Assembly (NCBI GenBank): GCA_965369325.1
Contig: CBDUQI010000001.1
Span: 1,748-65,747, forward strand
Direction: 5' to 3'
Length of the DNA stretch: 64,000 nt
Source of the DNA: an uncultured Gammaproteobacteria bacterium
Lineage (GTDB): Bacteria > Pseudomonadota > Gammaproteobacteria > Steroidobacterales > JBCBZW01
Shown here: positions 20,183-28,177 of the stretch, piece by piece
Layout: each line of letters opens with the position of its first letter
Numbering within the stretch: the first letter of the stretch is position 1
Notes under the pieces: generated by a model
What the model was told of the DNA's origin: nothing
Database searches by the model: none
Seen by the model: the letters and a program-made list of their open reading frames with translations, nothing else
Program-made: the position numbers and the translations under genes

Positions 20183-20350
20183 CTACTCGGGTTTTCTTGG
20201 CGCGGTCGCTTTGGGCCGCCGGGCTGGCGGTCTTGGGCGATCCTCTGGCCGTCCTGGGCGTTTCGTCGGCGGCCGACCACCGCCTTTGGTCTGGTCCTCG
20301 TTATTGCCGCCGCCGCCCGTACCGTTACCTTGGCTGTTCTGTGAACCCAT
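20183..20350 (-). CDS. Small Gly/Pro/Arg-rich, probably disordered basic protein (55 aa)
   Basis: The internal ATG at 20350 is preceded by a strong SD (GAGGGAG, 7-nt spacer). Product: MGSQNSQGNGTGGGGNNEDQTKGGGRPPTKRPGRPEDRPRPPARRPKATAPRKPE. It is low-complexity, so the coding status is uncertain. Confidence 0.4.
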   Translation of the reverse strand: MGSQNSQGNGTGGGGNNEDQTKGGGRPPTKRPGRPEDRPRPPARRPKATAPRKPE

Positions 20351-20620
20351 TAGAATTCTCCCTCTAACTATCGACAAGTGAATGAGTGTGGGGTTCGAAA
20401 ACCCTCCCTTGTCCATAGGTGCCTTTCGCGATTAGTTTATCGCAGCTATATCGATTGAAAGTAGATCAACTTCTAAGGAGGCGCAACAGTACTGGCTGGA
20501 TACTCAGTTACGCTCTACAGTGGGACCCTACCTGCTGGCCGGTCGGTCGATGCGAAAGGCGCTTCAAAATCTGTAGTCTTTGTTACACTTCCGACAAAGG
20601 TCATAAAGGAATAACCACCA

Positions 20621-23212
20621 ATGGACCTGACGAGTACGCCTTTCGTCGTCGGTAAATGGACAGTGGATCCGCTGGCCCGTGAGCTACGCCACATAGATAA
20701 CGACAAAACGGTCGGAATAGAGCCCAAGTTGATCAAGGTTTTGTGGTTTTTTGCCTTGAATGCCGGGGACGTGGTGAGCGCCGAAGAGATCATTGCGGCG
20801 GCGTGGGGCCCGCATCACGTGGGCGAGACTCCCATTCCCAACGCGATCTCGCGACTACGAAAACTTCTCGGCGACACGGCCGAGCGCCCCTTCTACATTC
20901 AAACTATTCACGGCGAAGGCTACCGGTTGGTGTGCCCGGTGCAGCTCGAACTCGACGCTACGGTGGAGCCGGAGGCGAACGCTCACTCATCTGCACATGA
21001 TGCCCCTGCACCGTCAGGCGTTGGCGATCGCGGTGAGCCACCGGATGAGTACCTCGCGTTTATCTGCTACCACCGCGAGAGCAACTCCGATACAGCAAGA
21101 TGGTTGATCGAGCGGCTCAATCGAGCGCAGCCGAGTAGTTGGGCAGGGAAAAAGAAATTCTTCCTCGATGAGGAACAAGTAGGAGCGGGAGGCATTGTTA
21201 AGTCGCACCTCATCTCACCGCTCAAGTCGAGCGACTACCTTGTTATATGCATGTCAACCGATGCCCGCCGGTCGGATTTTATCTTGTGGGAGCTGAAGGA
21301 ATTCCTGAAACACTCTAACCCAGAGCACGTGCTTTTGGCTCGGGTGGGCAACCACCCCGATGACTGGGGAGATCTGCAGGACCGGGACTTTATTCCACAG
21401 CCACTGAGAGATGCATCGGCGGACAAGTTGTTGCCTATCGTCGATTTGCGCGGCGATCCGGCACAATGGAAGGACACCGTGCTGAAAGACAGAAAGGCCG
21501 CAGTCGACAGGTTGCTAACACCGATGCTGGGGTTCAGCTCTCTCGGGAACTTTCGTCAATCGCGGATCGCCGCCTGGTGGCGGACCTGGGGCCTGCTCGC
21601 CGCGGGGTTACTGGCCATGGCGGTGTTGCTGTTCCAGCGGATGCCCACCGCGCCCGTGGCGATTGCTGCAGTGCCTTTCGAGAACATCGCCAACCCGGAC
21701 GACGATATCCCAGGGCGCGGGCTCGCCCGCGATGTGTTGACGTATCTAAAGGACGTGGAGCATTTTAACGTCATCTCGGCGGCGGTTTCATTTCCTCAAT
21801 TGAACAAGCGGCTGGACGTGCTCGAACTCGCCAAGCGCATCGATACGGACTACATCCTGGACGGCACCATCAACATACAGCCCGATGGTATTACTGTGCA
21901 CGTGGTGGTGACCGATGCCAACACGGGGCTTTTGAAGGCCAGCGGTGAATTCCACGCAAGCCCCGGTGATCTCAACACCTTAGGGCCGGAGATCGCGGTG
22001 GCTGTTGCCGATTGGTTAGTGACGGGGAAACCGTTCCGACGGGCTACCAAAACTATCAAACCGGCCACCGCCAGCGCTGAGGCCAACCGGCTTTATTACT
22101 TTGGCGTTGAATTCCTGAGGCGAACGAATGAGGAATCCAACCTGCGCCGAGCCATCGATATGTTCGACCAAGCACTGGCACAGGACGCCCGTTACGCGGC
22201 GGCGCTCGCCGGTTCGTGTGAAGCAAACCTGAGACTGTACATAGTAAAGAGGGATACCGCGCTCTACGAGACGGCTGAGAAGCGCTGTAATCGCGCGCTC
22301 ACACTGCAGCCTGGCCTGCAAGAGGCGAGAGTATCAATCGGGACGTTATACCGAGAAGCCGGCAAACTGTTCGAGAGCGAGGAGATACTAAGGGCCGTTT
22401 TGGCGCAAGACCCGGAGAACGTAGACGTGCTGATCGAGTTGGCGGAGACGTACGCGGATAGTGATCGATTGGATAAAGCCGAAACCACGCTGCGTACTGC
22501 GGTCGACCTGCAACCCGGTTATTGGGAATCGTACTCAGCGCTTGGCCATTTTCTGTACCAACAATCAAAGTATGAAGAAGCGCTGGAGAACTTTCTGCTA
22601 ATGGAGCAGCTGATGCCGGACAGCGCCATCGCCCAGGCCAATATCGGCAGCGCCTACTATGCATTGAACGATACTGAACGTGCGAAGCAGGCGCTGGACA
22701 AGTCTATTGAGTTGGAACCGATGGGGTTTACGCAGATCAGCCGCGGCCTTATCGCGTACTACGATGGCGAGTATTCGGTTGCCGCCGACGCGTACGAGCA
22801 GGGGATCGCACTGGGCGAAGAAGACTATTGGGTCTGGGGCCTGTTTGCCGAAGCCAGCCGCTTAGTCGAGGCGCGCGCCGCCACCGTGGTGAGCAGCCTC
22901 GAGAGGGCGGCTCGCCTGGCTCAGGAGCGTGTGAACATCAAACCCACCGATACGCATGCACTCGCGCAGTTGGGGTTGTTCCAGGCCCGACTGGGTAATT
23001 CCGAGGCCGCGCATGAGAACATCGCCAAAGCGCACAAGCTGTCGCCGGATGATGTGGATATCCATCACATTGAAGCTGCTGTGTGGGCCGAGGAAGCCAA
23101 TACCGGCGAGGTTTGCCGCAGCCTGCGCCGCGCGTTAGCGCGAGGGTTCGATCGCCGGTCAATAGAAAACGATCCTGATTTTCAGCCACATTTGAGCCCA
23201 TCCTGCCTCTAA
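20621..23212 (+). CDS. Membrane-tethered regulator: OmpR/CadC-type wHTH, TIR, TM, TolB-N-like domain, TPR array
   Basis: 863 aa. Residues 5-105 are a wHTH (EPKLIKVLWFFALNAGDVVSAEEII...ISRLRKLL...IQTIHGEGYRL). Residues ~143-300 are a TIR (YLAFICYHRESNSD...FFLDEEQVGAGG...YLVICMSTDARRSDFILWELKEFL). One TM lies at aa ~317-339. The periplasmic VPFENIANPDD... domain is followed by multiple TPR-like repeats. Confidence 0.75.
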   Translation: MDLTSTPFVVGKWTVDPLARELRHIDNDKTVGIEPKLIKVLWFFALNAGDVVSAEEIIAAAWGPHHVGETPIPNAISRLRKLLGDTAERPFYIQTIHGEGYRLVCPVQLELDATVEPEANAHSSAHDAPAPSGVGDRGEPPDEYLAFICYHRESNSDTARWLIERLNRAQPSSWAGKKKFFLDEEQVGAGGIVKSHLISPLKSSDYLVICMSTDARRSDFILWELKEFLKHSNPEHVLLARVGNHPDDWGDLQDRDFIPQPLRDASADKLLPIVDLRGDPAQWKDTVLKDRKAAVDRLLTPMLGFSSLGNFRQSRIAAWWRTWGLLAAGLLAMAVLLFQRMPTAPVAIAAVPFENIANPDDDIPGRGLARDVLTYLKDVEHFNVISAAVSFPQLNKRLDVLELAKRIDTDYILDGTINIQPDGITVHVVVTDANTGLLKASGEFHASPGDLNTLGPEIAVAVADWLVTGKPFRRATKTIKPATASAEANRLYYFGVEFLRRTNEESNLRRAIDMFDQALAQDARYAAALAGSCEANLRLYIVKRDTALYETAEKRCNRALTLQPGLQEARVSIGTLYREAGKLFESEEILRAVLAQDPENVDVLIELAETYADSDRLDKAETTLRTAVDLQPGYWESYSALGHFLYQQSKYEEALENFLLMEQLMPDSAIAQANIGSAYYALNDTERAKQALDKSIELEPMGFTQISRGLIAYYDGEYSVAADAYEQGIALGEEDYWVWGLFAEASRLVEARAATVVSSLERAARLAQERVNIKPTDTHALAQLGLFQARLGNSEAAHENIAKAHKLSPDDVDIHHIEAAVWAEEANTGEVCRSLRRALARGFDRRSIENDPDFQPHLSPSCL

Positions 23213-23425
23213 CGCCTGTATCCACTGGGCAACTTAAAAATGGCGCCCTATAGGCGCATCAAACGTAAGTCATTGATTCAAATAATCTAAAGATAATTCA
23301 ATGGCCAAAATCAAGTAACCTAAAAGTCTTTCAAGGTAAGTACTCGCCACACTCCGCCAACTGAGTTGAGCCCGCCCGGATGGGTATCGGGCCCAACGGT
23401 ATCTCGTGCAGGGCGGAGTGTTTAC

Positions 23426-24046
23426 GTGAACAACAAATCAACAACAGTGCTCGATGAGCAGACTGAACGGGCCAACATGGTCGCATCCATTGTGGCTGGA
23501 TGCCCAATCGCCGAGGCAGACATGTGCAGGCGCTATGAACCGTCTATGCGGGCGGTGATCCGGCGCTACACTAACAACCCGATGGACGCCGAGGATTGGC
23601 TGAATACCAGTTGGGTGATCGCGCTCACGAAGATCCGCGACGGTCAATTGCGGGTGCCCGAAGCGCTGGCCGGATTTCTTTGTGGCGTTGCTAGGCGGGT
23701 GGCCGCCGGCGAGTTGCGTCAGCGCTGGCGGCGGGATGTGCCGTCGGGCCCCGAGGAGTTGGAGAATCTTGGCGGACAACTGGATACTCAGCGCACCGCG
23801 GCCGCGCGCGAGCTGGCCGAGCTGACCCACGGCTTGCTGAACCACCTTACCGTCGAGCGTGACCGGCAAATGTTGGATCGATGTTTTTTCGGTGGCGAGG
23901 AAGAAAGTCAGGTCGGCGTCGATCTACAACTTAATCCCACCCAATTCGGCAAAGTGCTGTATCGGGCACGCCAGCGTTTGTGGCGCGCCGCCGGGCAGGG
24001 CGACATGTCCGGCAGCCTGAAAGAACTCTTCAGCGAAACCGCTTAA
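23426..24046 (+). CDS. ECF-type sigma-70 family sigma factor
   Basis: Region 2-like (RRYEPSMRAVIRRYTNNPMDAEDWLNTSWVIAL) and region 4-like (LTVERDRQMLDRCFF...FGKVLYRARQRLWRAAG) segments are present. The track ORF starts at TTG 23366; I prefer the in-frame GTG at 23426, which has GGCGGAG upstream. The start is uncertain. Confidence 0.65.
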   Translation: MNNKSTTVLDEQTERANMVASIVAGCPIAEADMCRRYEPSMRAVIRRYTNNPMDAEDWLNTSWVIALTKIRDGQLRVPEALAGFLCGVARRVAAGELRQRWRRDVPSGPEELENLGGQLDTQRTAAARELAELTHGLLNHLTVERDRQMLDRCFFGGEEESQVGVDLQLNPTQFGKVLYRARQRLWRAAGQGDMSGSLKELFSETA

Positions 24047-24190
24047 CCCATCGCCGTCTGTCTTGTTGGATGAATCCCGATGCACAGGCATGGCATCGCA
24101 CGATTGTACCGAATGGTTAAGATGCGACTTTCTTTGGTGAGATGATTTTACCCGAGTAGACTTATTCCCGGTTGTCCGGGCGGCGCCCGG

Positions 24191-24207
24191 CTGATAGTTT
24201 CTATCAG
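24191..24207. repeat. Perfect palindrome CTGATAG-TTT-CTATCAG upstream of the small ORF and CHAT gene
   Basis: Read directly from the sequence. It is flanked by two mutually exclusive GC hairpins (CCCGG-TTGT-CCGGG at 24167-24180; CCGGGC-GGC-GCCCGG at 24176-24190) and the imperfect repeat CCTTCGAT-TC-ATCGGAGG (24211-24228). Function unknown. Confidence 0.5.
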
Positions 24208-24291
24208 TGACCTTCGATTCATCGGAGGAGATCAAGATACGCACGAGTGCGCAATTGGAAGTTAAAGCAATCAGTGTGGAGCCACTACCTG

Positions 24292-24483
24292 ATGTCTTGC
24301 GGCGGCGACAATCAGATTCCGCCAACCAACGCCGAGTTGGCCGCCAGCCTATCCAAGGTCATTGAGGTGATGAGTATTTGGGCGGTGGTGGAGGATAGAC
24401 AACGAATTGAAGCGGGGGAAGAGTGTCTGGTAGAGGGTATTAAGCAACAAGCCCGGCGAATTTGCCCGCCTTGTACCGCCTAA
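24292..24483 (+). CDS. Small hypothetical protein (63 aa) between the sigma factor and the CHAT gene
   Basis: ATG at 24292 with GGAG 10 nt upstream; the track ORF starts at GTG 24247. It ends 10 nt before the CHAT gene start and has the C-terminal sequence ...RRICPPCTA. No family recognised. Confidence 0.35.
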   Translation: MSCGGDNQIPPTNAELAASLSKVIEVMSIWAVVEDRQRIEAGEECLVEGIKQQARRICPPCTA

Positions 24484-24493
24484 GGGACAGAGC

Positions 24494-27400
24494 ATGACTT
24501 CGCGCGATAAGGAATCGAATTCGGCACGCGGTGAGGAAGTGCCCAACTTAATGCCAGTAGCCTTAGGGTCACCCCCGTTGATCGTGCAGACGGTATTTTT
24601 CAGCGAGGCGGATCAACCCGACGCCGAGCGGATAGCGCTGGATCTTTACGCGCATCTCACCCGTTCGCCAGAGCATCCGCTTGCTCACGGTGCCGGCGTC
24701 CCAGTGCTCGCGCCGGTGATGCCCGACGAGGTGAACTTGGATGCAGCGCGCAACATCGTGCTGCTTCCTGTGATTGGTCCTGATTTATCGCTAGATCTTC
24801 GCACTGAGGTCGACCGTCGCATTCGCGATTGGCGCAGGCATCCAGCGACACCGACGATGTGCGTGCTACGCCTAAACGGCGCGTTATACGCTGCCAAGGC
24901 GGCCAGGTCGCTCAGTGTCGCCGATATCTACACTGATCAGGCAACTCAGTCCGATACCTTGCAAAAAGTGGTGGCTACGGTCGCGGACGCGCTTCGGCCG
25001 CACGCGGCGCAGGTGATGCTGCACATTTCATACGCGCCTGCTGACAGTGAGGCGACCGGCAACGCCGCGCTAAAGATCCACCATGCACTCATTCGACAGT
25101 CTTTTACCGCACCGGTTTTCGATCTGCTGCCGCTTACCACCGCTCCAGATCCCCTGATGGACGGTGAGGGTTGGAATCGAATGCTGCTCGCCGTGGTTGG
25201 TGACGCATTCAGCCGCAACCACACATGTACTGAACAAGTGCTCGCTGCCAAACGGGCTGGTTATCCGATTTTGACTGTTTTGGCGTCCCATAAAGGTGAA
25301 TCTCGCGAGTCCAGCATTATGGGCAACATGCCGGGCATCGTGTGGCGAGACAACCCCGATGCCATCGCCTTGTACGCGACCATTCAGTGGATCAAGGCAA
25401 GACTTTTCAGGCTTGAAGCCGAGCGCGCGCTCAAAGCACTTCAGGCGCCAAAGCCGCGGTTTCTGAATCGGCCTCCAGAGGTGCTGGATTTTGTGATTGC
25501 GAACCAGCCGCGCTCCAAGTTACTCATGTATCCAGATCCTCCGCTGTCCATCGCCGAGCGTCGCGTGTTGTCACAAGCCCACCGGCGGTTGCATTTGCTC
25601 ACCCCCACCACCGCCTATGGGTACCTCAAAAGAGAATCGGAGAAACTATCGCAAGGCGAATCTGCACAAACCCCTTTAGACGGGCGCAAAGTTGGCATGT
25701 CAATCTCCAGCGCCGGTATGCGCGAATCGGCAAGAGCCGTCGCCGGCTGCCAGTTTCAGGATGTGGTTGTTCAAGTTACGCGAACATTATTATCCGCGGG
25801 TGCCCAGATTGCCTATGGCGGTATGTTGAAGCAAGCGAGTTATACGGCCTTATTGGCCGAGTTGGCAGACACGTACGCGCGCAGTGGTAATCAAGGCGCG
25901 CGTTTGCTCAGCTTCTTGTCGGCACGCGAGCCACCGGTGGATGACAGTTGGCATCCGTACCTGGATGTGCAGCATATGGCGGCGATCGCGAATGCAGAGC
26001 GTAACGTTCCGCCGCCCGAGAAAAACGACACAATACCCGCCGGCTTGTACTACTCGGACTTGCGCCGATTTATGTGCAAACAGCTAGATGCAAGCGTGGT
26101 GTTCGGCGGTGCAGATCGCCCCCGTCTTGACGATCCCAAGCGCGGATATATCGGCCGGTATCCTGGCGTGGTGGAAGAGGCCTGGCGCATGCTGATGGCC
26201 GAAAAACCCGTGTATGTAGTGGGTGGGTTCGGCGGTGCGGCAGGAATGGTTGCGCAGCTGATGCTGGACAGAGATGAACAGTACTTCCCGAAGAACCTGA
26301 GCGACGATACCTGGTTACGTCTGCCTGGGTTTCTCGAGCTAATTAATTCGATTGACAAGAGCCCGTATCACGACTTGGTCGGGCTACCTCTATCATCTGA
26401 TGCATTAGCCGAGCAGATTCGCATGCAAGGGCGAGCACTGTTGAGCGATGAGGACACAGCAAAGCGCCGCAACGGATTGAGCATTGCGGACAACTTAACG
26501 TTATTGACGACGCGCGATCCGCTTACGGTCGCCAGCCTGGTGTTCCGCGGCTTGTGCACTGTCTTTGCTGAGAAAAATACCGACGACCGCCGGTTGAAGA
26601 TTGAACTGGTGCGCGGAAGTGTTCTGAACAGTAGCGCCCTAAGTGCCGTATCGGTAGCCGTTGCGCACGGCGTGCCAATCGGCGGTGCGGCCGCAGACAT
26701 CAACGAGCTGGTGAGCGATCGGCTGCAGCGGGCCGTCATAGATGATGTCCCTGTTATCGAGGTCCGGGGCGAAACGCTAGCAGCGGATTTCGTGCACCTG
26801 GCCAAAATTCACGGGGTGACATCCAATGCAGGCGTTCCCTTTGATATCAGACCGGGCGTCAAGAATGCCTGTTTGCACGCACGCCGGTTGGGCTTCTCAC
26901 GCCTGGGGGTGGTGTTGTACGGCGCCTCCCTGTTGGGTGATGCACCGAGTCACGAGAAGGAATTCGAGGAATTACTTCGGACCATGGTGGAGACGTTTAC
27001 TGAGCATCTTCCCCACACCACCACGTTGGTATTGCATGAAATCGAGCCACGTCGTTTTGAACTTATCCGCGCCCACTTGGAGAGTAATAAACTCGTCGCG
27101 CTATCTACGGTGGACGCAATGGGTTTGGCGTACGCGCGCCGTCAACCACCACAGTGCCTCGGCGTTCATGTAACCCTAAGCGATGATGACAAAACGCTGA
27201 ACATCACCGTCTCACCACCAGATGGCACAGCGATAGTGGCACATCAAACGTTGTCGGTCACACCGCAACTGGTGGATCATGCAGCCCGGGGCCTTGGCGC
27301 CGAACAAGACACCGACGAATGCTTGCAAGACACTCCACGGACGAAGGTGGCGTTGTGGCGCGGCGAGCAGCTAGCATCTGCCTTGTTTGGCGCACGATGC

Positions 27401-28177
27401 GCGCGCTTGCTCGCGCATATTGGTGATACCGAAGTGCGAATCACCCACAACGTTCGTGCATCCAGAATTCCATTCGAACTTCTCAGCTACGATGGCAAAC
27501 CCATCACATCGGTGACCCGCCGCCTAACCGTTTCCTCAGAGACCCCGGATGCTATGTTTGTGCGTCGCCCGACGGGTACCAAGTTAAACGTATTAGTGAT
27601 CGCTGATCCGGGCGGTGATTTGGATGGAGCTGATAAGGAAGGGCATGAAGTGTCCGCGTTTCTCAAAGGCTTCTCGCATGTGAACTGCACACTGCTGCGC
27701 CGGGATGAGGCCACCATCGCGGCGGTGCTCAAGGCGCTACCGGCAATAGACATACTCCACTACTGTGGGCACGGCTTTTTCGATGAGCCCGGAGACGGCG
27801 CGAGCGGGGTTGAACTGGCACATAAGGAGTGGCTGTGTCCAGAAGACCTCGCAAATTTAGCCAGGCTGCCTATTGTGGCGATCTTCAATGCCTGCCAGGG
27901 TGCCAAAATGCGTTCGTGGCAAGACACTTCCGGCAGCACATTCGCTGGGCACTGGTTGGTTAACGGGCTTGAGTCATACATTAGTACCACCTGGCTTGTT
28001 GACGACAACGCAGGACTTGAGTTTTCTAAAACCTTGTATGAGGAACTTTTGAACAACAAAAACCTGCGTGACGCGGTTCAGCTTGGCCGTCGCCATTTGT
28101 ACACACAAGGATATCGCGACTGGTGCAACTACGTGCTCTACGGCAGCGGCAGTTTTCGTTTGCTTGACCGTGTGTAA
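24494..28177 (+). CDS. Giant fusion: tandem TIR-like, SLOG, unassigned region, CHAT (caspase-like) protease
   Basis: 1227 aa. Residues ~173-265 are TIR-like (VMLHISYAPADSE...LLAVVGDAFSRNHTCTEQVLAAKRAGYPILTV), and aa ~30-125 form a weaker similar unit. Residues ~398-592 are SLOG (VGMSISSAG...AQIAYGGM...SVVFGGADRP...YPGVVEEAW...VYVVGGFGGAAGMV). Residues ~955-1227 are CHAT, with LHYCGHG (His1093, nt 27770-27772) and AIFNACQG (Cys1134, nt 27893-27895). Confidence 0.75.
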   Translation: MTSRDKESNSARGEEVPNLMPVALGSPPLIVQTVFFSEADQPDAERIALDLYAHLTRSPEHPLAHGAGVPVLAPVMPDEVNLDAARNIVLLPVIGPDLSLDLRTEVDRRIRDWRRHPATPTMCVLRLNGALYAAKAARSLSVADIYTDQATQSDTLQKVVATVADALRPHAAQVMLHISYAPADSEATGNAALKIHHALIRQSFTAPVFDLLPLTTAPDPLMDGEGWNRMLLAVVGDAFSRNHTCTEQVLAAKRAGYPILTVLASHKGESRESSIMGNMPGIVWRDNPDAIALYATIQWIKARLFRLEAERALKALQAPKPRFLNRPPEVLDFVIANQPRSKLLMYPDPPLSIAERRVLSQAHRRLHLLTPTTAYGYLKRESEKLSQGESAQTPLDGRKVGMSISSAGMRESARAVAGCQFQDVVVQVTRTLLSAGAQIAYGGMLKQASYTALLAELADTYARSGNQGARLLSFLSAREPPVDDSWHPYLDVQHMAAIANAERNVPPPEKNDTIPAGLYYSDLRRFMCKQLDASVVFGGADRPRLDDPKRGYIGRYPGVVEEAWRMLMAEKPVYVVGGFGGAAGMVAQLMLDRDEQYFPKNLSDDTWLRLPGFLELINSIDKSPYHDLVGLPLSSDALAEQIRMQGRALLSDEDTAKRRNGLSIADNLTLLTTRDPLTVASLVFRGLCTVFAEKNTDDRRLKIELVRGSVLNSSALSAVSVAVAHGVPIGGAAADINELVSDRLQRAVIDDVPVIEVRGETLAADFVHLAKIHGVTSNAGVPFDIRPGVKNACLHARRLGFSRLGVVLYGASLLGDAPSHEKEFEELLRTMVETFTEHLPHTTTLVLHEIEPRRFELIRAHLESNKLVALSTVDAMGLAYARRQPPQCLGVHVTLSDDDKTLNITVSPPDGTAIVAHQTLSVTPQLVDHAARGLGAEQDTDECLQDTPRTKVALWRGEQLASALFGARCARLLAHIGDTEVRITHNVRASRIPFELLSYDGKPITSVTRRLTVSSETPDAMFVRRPTGTKLNVLVIADPGGDLDGADKEGHEVSAFLKGFSHVNCTLLRRDEATIAAVLKALPAIDILHYCGHGFFDEPGDGASGVELAHKEWLCPEDLANLARLPIVAIFNACQGAKMRSWQDTSGSTFAGHWLVNGLESYISTTWLVDDNAGLEFSKTLYEELLNNKNLRDAVQLGRRHLYTQGYRDWCNYVLYGSGSFRLLDRV

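Noticed and set aside
24247-24291. GTG-initiated 15-codon N-terminal extension of the small ORF upstream of the CHAT gene
   Set aside because: No SD-like sequence precedes the GTG, whereas the internal ATG at 24292 has GGAG upstream. The whole ORF remains low-confidence.
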